A DNA stretch of 64,000 nt from Flavobacteriales bacterium (GTDB taxonomy: Bacteria; Bacteroidota; Bacteroidia; Palsa-965): contig JBEIPA010000008.1 in the NCBI GenBank assembly GCA_040377305.1, positions 32,001 through 96,000 of the forward strand, read 5' to 3'. How positions within the stretch are numbered: position 1 is the stretch's first letter; each line of letters opens with the position of its first letter. Below the pieces are notes generated by a model that worked only from the letters and a program-made list of their open reading frames with translations, was not told the DNA's origin and made no database searches. A program made the position numbers and the translations under genes. Below are positions 58,291-64,000 of the stretch, piece by piece.

Positions 58291-61107
58291 CTAATCAATT
58301 GTCTTCCCGTAGAAGTTATTACGGATGAGATCCTCAAGCGTCTTGCGTTCCCCTTTGTACCAGCCGGTGATCCATGCATCCTTAATTCCTTTTTTGATGC
58401 ATTGCTGGCGGAATACTTCAGCTTCTTTGATGGTCTTGAATTCTTTCAGCGTGAAGCGTGTTATTCCATCGGGATAAGCGATCACTTTCGCAACGCCATA
58501 CTCAGCGAGTTGCGGATACCTGAAGTTCTCCGGATGACGATATGCACCAATCTGTACGGTGTACGTCAAACCTTCGGTGCAATAATTACCTGTGAGTTTC
58601 AGGAAGCGGTTGTATACTGCAGTATCGTTAAGTGACTTGCCCTGGAACCAACTAAGGTCAACCGGATTTCCATTGCATGGTTCATTGAAGTACTCTTCAA
58701 CTGTTTTGCGCTGACCGAAAAAGAATACAGTCACAATTGACTTCGCTGCAGCACTGTCTTTCGACATGAGGTATCGTTTGAAATCTTCTGCTTCCTTCAA
58801 GGTATTCCACGGCCCAAGTGTATAGCGTATTGTTCCGTCGGGATAAAGCTTCTTCTCTACTTTACCGTATTGTTCCCACTTCGCGAGATCGAACTGCGTT
58901 GAATCCGTTACCGCACCGACCTCCAGCTTGTACGTAAGACCATCGGCCTGAAATGTTCCGTTGTCTTCTACAATCTTATCGTAACCCACACCATTTCCCT
59001 CCGGTGTTGCGGTCACAAGCGTTCCAGTACTACTTCTGATGATCTGTGTTTCTTCCCGTGGCACATAGCCCTTACGGCGGTACTCCGTTCGGTACAACGA
59101 TGGAATTGTCTGCCGCTCTCCGTTCTTAATTGCTACAACTTCCGAAGTAGTTGCAATCAATGAGTCACGTGTGTTCAATCGCGTGCGATAAAGTTCTGCA
59201 TCAAGCAGTGTCTTGAAGGGACCTACTGAATAGCGCGTATATCCTTCAGGTGTCTTTGTTACAATCAACGGACCCATTCCTGCAAACTTTGTTGAGTCGA
59301 AATCTTTGGGATCTACAAATGTTCCCAGCTCAACCATAAACGTTCTGCCCGGGTCGTATTCCTGACCATGCTTCTTGAGCATTTGCTGGTACATCCGTTG
59401 CTCATACACCTGATCGTTCTGTTCTTCTTTGATCTTCTTCAACTGCTCATCAAGCTTTTTCTGAAGTACATCATTCGAGTCCGCAACCATTGGACGGATT
59501 CGTCCGGCAGAGTCGCCAGCAGTCGTATCCGATGTGAAGTTGTAATCTTTACTTACCTGTACATAGGTGTCAATGTCTTTTACGTTGACGTATTCATACA
59601 ACGATTCCTGTCCTTCAACTTCGATCGCAACTTTATACACGTTGCCGGGTTTAAGTGCGATAAGATATTTACCGCTTGATGCGTTTGAGTGATACTCGCC
59701 GTAATTATTTCCTGTTAGAGAATCTGTAACGCTGATTTTCGAATCAACAGGCTGACCATTCAACGTAACGAATCCAACTACGAGAGCAAGAACCGGTGGT
59801 TCACCCTGAAACCCAGGTGTAACGGTGTAAATATCCTGTTGCCCGTATCCACCTTTATTGTCACCGGAATAGTAAGCTGTTCCTCCGTCTGCAGTTAAAA
59901 CATAGTAGCGCTCATCGGCAGGTGTATTAATCGGGAACCCGAGATTGATTGGTTCCGCCCAAATACCTTGCTTCATGGTCGAGTAAAACAAATCGTATCC
60001 ACCCATTGATGTATGCCCTTGCGAACTGAAGAAAAGGTGAATTCCATCAGGGTGAATGTGCGGTGCATCGTCGTTGAATGGTGTATTAACCGACGGTCCA
60101 AGATTTTGTGCCGGGCCCCACTCTCCATCCGATTGTTTGCGTGAAACATAAATATCTCTGCCACCCATTCCACCTGGACGATCACTTGCGAAATACAAAA
60201 GTTGACCATCGCCGGAAAGTGAGCAGCTTCCTTCCCAATACTTCGAGTTGATATTTGGACCTAGACGTTCTGGTGCTGTCCATTCGTTTCCGCGCAACAC
60301 GCTTTGGTAAATATCACCGCCATCTTTGGTTGTACTTTTGAAGATGAAGAGAATCTGTCCGTCGTTGGACAAAGCAATGCTTGCATCGTGCATGTTGGTA
60401 TTCAAAGTTCCGATTGCTTCAGGACTCAGCCAATGGTCCCCAACTCGTTGAGACATCATAATGTCTTCATAATAATCGCCAGCTGTGTCCGGGCGGAACT
60501 TCAGATCCTGTAATCCGCCGGTACTTCTTTTACCGCGGTAAGTGTATATCAGCGTGGTTTCGTCAATGGTAATTACAGGAACATATTCGCCCGCTTCGGT
60601 ATTCACCTCCGGACCGAGATTTCTAATCTCAACCTCGGCTGTATCCTTCATTATTTTCTGGGCGCTTTCGCAGTAAGAAATATATTTTCGGATTTCCTGC
60701 GTTTCGTTCGCATCGTTGTCCGGATCCTGTAGAGCGTACTCGAATGTTTTCACAGCCTGATCGAAACGATAGTTCTGATGGTAAGCACGTCCGAGATAAA
60801 AATCAACCCGCTCCAATTCCGGATCCATCATCTTAGCCTTCTCAAGTTCTATGACAGATTGCTCGCTCTCGTCGTTCTTGTACAAATAGCAAATTCCGAG
60901 GCGATAGTGGTAATACGGATTAAGTGAGTCGAGTTGTGTTAGACTTTTGTAGTAAGGCAATGCACGGAGATAATTTTTCTCTCCGTAGAAAAACTCGGCG
61001 TCTTCCAACAACTGATCTTCCTGCTTCTGCTTTTCTTTATCTCTCGGTGCCGCACTCAAAAATGCCGGACAAACCAGCAGAAATAGAATTACGACAGCAT
61101 ACCTCAT
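58291..61107 (-). CDS. TPR-PD40-carboxypeptidase-regulatory protein with three SPOR-like repeats (PorE-like N-terminus)
   Basis: TPRs; NLG..N...E..P, LYFASDRPGG.GG.DIY; three (Y/F).V..G...G..RY..G.F.T...AE repeats. Confidence 0.85.
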   Translation of the reverse strand: MRYAVVILFLLVCPAFLSAAPRDKEKQKQEDQLLEDAEFFYGEKNYLRALPYYKSLTQLDSLNPYYHYRLGICYLYKNDESEQSVIELEKAKMMDPELERVDFYLGRAYHQNYRFDQAVKTFEYALQDPDNDANETQEIRKYISYCESAQKIMKDTAEVEIRNLGPEVNTEAGEYVPVITIDETTLIYTYRGKRSTGGLQDLKFRPDTAGDYYEDIMMSQRVGDHWLSPEAIGTLNTNMHDASIALSNDGQILFIFKSTTKDGGDIYQSVLRGNEWTAPERLGPNINSKYWEGSCSLSGDGQLLYFASDRPGGMGGRDIYVSRKQSDGEWGPAQNLGPSVNTPFNDDAPHIHPDGIHLFFSSQGHTSMGGYDLFYSTMKQGIWAEPINLGFPINTPADERYYVLTADGGTAYYSGDNKGGYGQQDIYTVTPGFQGEPPVLALVVGFVTLNGQPVDSKISVTDSLTGNNYGEYHSNASSGKYLIALKPGNVYKVAIEVEGQESLYEYVNVKDIDTYVQVSKDYNFTSDTTAGDSAGRIRPMVADSNDVLQKKLDEQLKKIKEEQNDQVYEQRMYQQMLKKHGQEYDPGRTFMVELGTFVDPKDFDSTKFAGMGPLIVTKTPEGYTRYSVGPFKTLLDAELYRTRLNTRDSLIATTSEVVAIKNGERQTIPSLYRTEYRRKGYVPREETQIIRSSTGTLVTATPEGNGVGYDKIVEDNGTFQADGLTYKLEVGAVTDSTQFDLAKWEQYGKVEKKLYPDGTIRYTLGPWNTLKEAEDFKRYLMSKDSAAAKSIVTVFFFGQRKTVEEYFNEPCNGNPVDLSWFQGKSLNDTAVYNRFLKLTGNYCTEGLTYTVQIGAYRHPENFRYPQLAEYGVAKVIAYPDGITRFTLKEFKTIKEAEVFRQQCIKKGIKDAWITGWYKGERKTLEDLIRNNFYGKTID

Positions 61108-61346
61108 GCCTAACATAGGGCTAAAATCCAAAAACGTGGTGCACACTTTAAGGTGTAGTCGTCGCAATTACAAACACGAAAATGTGTATAACAACGAAGA
61201 AAACGCATGTTTCACGGCCCATTCCACACATGCGACATCCCTCAAAACAAGCAGTTTAACCCAGTATTGTATGTCAACAACAAGTTGATGTTTTATCAAA
61301 GTTCCACGCAATGAAAGAAGCACCCCGGAAATGGTTTTCTTTGCAA

Positions 61347-61988
61347 ATGCAATTTTTAGATCCAGCACTTGACGCGTATTCGACTTCTCATTCAGCAAAA
61401 GAATCAGAATTGTTGACGGAACTTTCACGCGAGACCCATTTGAAAACCACAATGCCGAGAATGTTGTCGGGTCACTTGCAGGGAAGATTTCTCAGTTTAC
61501 TAAGCAAGCTTGTTCAACCGGAAGTGATTCTTGAGATCGGAACATTTACCGGATACGCCGCGTTGTGTCTTGCGGAAGGATTGAAGACTAACGGCAAGCT
61601 AATCACGCTCGACACGAATGATGAAACTTCTTCGATTGCAAAGAAATATTTTGCGAAGTCGGAGTATGCTTCCCAAATCGAATTAATTAACGCCGACGCG
61701 ACTCAAGAAATTCCGAAGATAAACGAGACGTTTGATCTTGTTTTTATTGATGCTGACAAAGAAAATTACAGCAACTACTTCGACATGATCATTGGTAAGA
61801 TGCGGAAAGGCGGACTGATAATCGCTGACAACGTTTTATGGAGCGGTAAAGTTTTGCAACCCATTAAGGCGAATGACACGGAAACTATTGCGATCACTTC
61901 ATTCAATGAAAAAGTGTGTGCTGACGATCGCGTAGAACAACTGCTGTTGCCTGTGCGCGACGGACTGATGATTCTGCGCGTGAAGTAG
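61347..61988 (+). CDS. O-methyltransferase (caffeoyl-CoA OMT-like family 3)
   Basis: MLSGHLQG, LEIGTFTGY, FIDADK, DNVLWSG, RDG. Confidence 0.94.
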   Translation: MQFLDPALDAYSTSHSAKESELLTELSRETHLKTTMPRMLSGHLQGRFLSLLSKLVQPEVILEIGTFTGYAALCLAEGLKTNGKLITLDTNDETSSIAKKYFAKSEYASQIELINADATQEIPKINETFDLVFIDADKENYSNYFDMIIGKMRKGGLIIADNVLWSGKVLQPIKANDTETIAITSFNEKVCADDRVEQLLLPVRDGLMILRVK

Positions 61989-61989
61989 A

Positions 61990-62544
61990 TTATTTTTCGC
62001 TGAAGTCAACACTCCTCCTCCGATACCGGGTTAACAAATACCGAGTACCGGTTCCAATGGACCTCCACACAAAGTAGAGGAGCAATAATTCGAGCAATAT
62101 CGTAGCGACGATTGGAAAACCTGCGTAGGGAATTACCACAATGCAAAACAGCAAAAGTGCGAAGCCGCCCATCAAGAGCATGAGTCCGATGAATGCAGAC
62201 CAATCGTGACGAACCGGCTGAATGTACGTTTCATTCGTTTTCAACACCGGAACCGCTAAGTGATCCTGCATGGGCGTTGACATTTCATGACCGATCGGTG
62301 CCAGTACGTCAACATCCGACACAACAAAAGTGTCGATCACAATTTGTGTGGTTTCTTGTACAGGTAAAGGGACGGAATCAACCCGAATCAATTTCTTCTC
62401 AAAAGATTTGTACTCTCTTTCTGCGGTGGAAAATTGCTGTGGTGTTGCCGGAACTTTGTCGACGTGACGATACTTCATCCGCTCGAACGAACTGCACGAG
62501 GTAAGCGCAAGTAACGGGAGCAGGATGAAATAGTTCTTCATCAC
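61990..62544 (-). CDS. Hypothetical lipoprotein with C-terminal TM helices
   Basis: Lipobox LTSC; two C-terminal hydrophobic segments. Confidence 0.6.
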   Translation of the reverse strand: MMKNYFILLPLLALTSCSSFERMKYRHVDKVPATPQQFSTAEREYKSFEKKLIRVDSVPLPVQETTQIVIDTFVVSDVDVLAPIGHEMSTPMQDHLAVPVLKTNETYIQPVRHDWSAFIGLMLLMGGFALLLFCIVVIPYAGFPIVATILLELLLLYFVWRSIGTGTRYLLTRYRRRSVDFSEK

Positions 62545-63284
62545 TTGGTGTCAGTGGATGTATCGTCTTCTTCTTCCACATCACCATTGATACGTGTGAG
62601 CTGAATGTCGTAGCCGTAATTCGCCATTTGCTGTAGTGCATGGTTCTTTCTCGTAACAACTCTTCCGGAAGTAGCGTTCACATTATATTCGAGCGGATTT
62701 GGTAATACAGCCGCTAACCGCGCACATTGCTGATTGCTGATGTCTTTCGCATCCTTCTCGAAGAAATAGGTTGATGCAGCTTGGGCACCGTAAATGCCCG
62801 GCCCGAATTCCACGGAGTTAAGATATACTTCCAGTATCCGGTCTTTCGTCCAGAAAGTTTCAATCAGGAATGTGAACCCAGTCTCCGGTATTTTACGAAT
62901 CCAGGAACTTGTGGGCCAACAGAAAACGTTCTTCGCTGTTTGCTGACTTATCGAACTTGCTCCTCCGGATTTCTTACCGCTCTCCGATTTTTCATAAGCC
63001 TCTTCAATGGATTGCCAGTCGAAACCGTGGTGTGTAAGAAATCGCTGGTCTTCCATACAAACCACTGCGAGTCCAAGATTAGGGGCCATTTCGTCGGCGC
63101 TCACCCATTCATGACGGATTGGTGTTTTCTCAGGAATGTCATTACCCATCTCGCGAAAAAACATGAGTGGTGTCCAGCCAATCGGAAGCCACTTGAGGGC
63201 TATGACCAGCAGCACACTAAAGCAGACCGAGAACAATGAAAATCGCCCAAGAAATAGAAAGAAGGTTCTGACCTGATTTTTCAT
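62541..63284 (-). CDS. mtgA: Monofunctional peptidoglycan transglycosylase
   Basis: EDQRF..H.GFD, GASSISQQTAKN, RK..E, RILEVYLN. Confidence 0.95.
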   Translation of the reverse strand: MKNQVRTFFLFLGRFSLFSVCFSVLLVIALKWLPIGWTPLMFFREMGNDIPEKTPIRHEWVSADEMAPNLGLAVVCMEDQRFLTHHGFDWQSIEEAYEKSESGKKSGGASSISQQTAKNVFCWPTSSWIRKIPETGFTFLIETFWTKDRILEVYLNSVEFGPGIYGAQAASTYFFEKDAKDISNQQCARLAAVLPNPLEYNVNATSGRVVTRKNHALQQMANYGYDIQLTRINGDVEEEDDTSTDTK

Positions 63285-63349
63285 GCGTAAGGAATTTTCA
63301 CAAAACAAAAGTACAATGAAAAAACAGTTCTATCTTTCACCAACTTTCT

Positions 63350-64000
63350 ATGAACATTCTTCAGAAGTTCCTCCGCAAAGGCACCGAAAATACTACCGAT
63401 CAGTTTGATGCCCGGCGGATTCTTTTGCTCAATTTGTTCTATCTGGTAGCCTCGTTCACGCTCCTGGCTTCAATCATACAATCCATTCTTGCGGGAGAAC
63501 CGAAGGAGATGAGCATTGCACTTTCCATTGCGTGTGTGCTCATGATTGGAGTTCCGGTATTAGGACGAAAAAATCCCAATCTTGGTGCGCTCTACATTAT
63601 TTTTCTGGCGAATATTCTGGTTTGGTTTTTCGCAAACTCATTAGGACTCGCATCCGGAACTTACTTCTTCTATTTTCCGTTGTTCTTCGCAAACGGATGG
63701 CTGATGGATTTTCGCAAGCCATGGCATGCTTTCCTGTTGCTGGCAATGACGGTTAGCAGTGTAATCCTGGTGCTGATTGTTCCGGAATTACTCCTTGGAT
63801 TGGATGTATCAAGAGAAATTCAGGAAGCGTCGTTTGTATTTAACCTGACGACTGCGGCAGTAATCATGGCGGGCAATACGGTCGTGATTGTATGGATGAA
63901 TTATCGCAGACAACAGGAGTTAGAAGTGCGTGTCGAGGAGCGTGAAAAAGTAACTGCACAGCTCACCACTGCATTGAAAGAAAAAGAAATTTTGCTTGCT
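63350..64000 (+). CDS. Membrane sensor histidine kinase, partial (runs off window; absent from the ORF track)
   Basis: Open frame MNILQKFLRKG... with TM helices, ending ALKEKEILLA, the usual lead-in to a HisKA_2 H-box. Confidence 0.75.
   Translation, partial: MNILQKFLRKGTENTTDQFDARRILLLNLFYLVASFTLLASIIQSILAGEPKEMSIALSIACVLMIGVPVLGRKNPNLGALYIIFLANILVWFFANSLGLASGTYFFYFPLFFANGWLMDFRKPWHAFLLLAMTVSSVILVLIVPELLLGLDVSREIQEASFVFNLTTAAVIMAGNTVVIVWMNYRRQQELEVRVEEREKVTAQLTTALKEKEILLA

Overview
A gene-dense window from a Bacteroidota (probably Bacteroidia) chromosome, judged from T9SS C-terminal domains, TAnnTTTG-type -7 promoter boxes and the gene content. Housekeeping genes: htpG, pgeF, recQ, carB, rpmH (missed by the ORF track), rsmG, tgt, an LptF/G permease, ispE, accA and mtgA. 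Accessory modules: a RES-Xre toxin-antitoxin pair beside a REP-like doublet; an AAA-ATPase/PD-(D/E)xK gene with a four-copy operator-like array; a collagen-like surface protein; a cluster of two c-type cytochrome lipoproteins, a DUF5777-like barrel and a secreted CxxCH protein; an ATGA-coupled operon (His/Cys-domain methyltransferase, divergent racemase, DUF6356-like protein, NlpC/P60); a LytTR two-component pair with three T9SS cargo genes; and a RAYT transposase bracketed by two inverted ~88-nt REPIN-like elements. Non-coding patterns not explained by the genes: many intergenic hairpins built from 7-9-nt tandem units with a different unit at each locus, and about ten genes whose -7 box lies 3-5 nt before the start codon (probably leaderless). 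I found no tRNA, rRNA or CRISPR array. All family calls come from motif recognition by eye; no database search was run.
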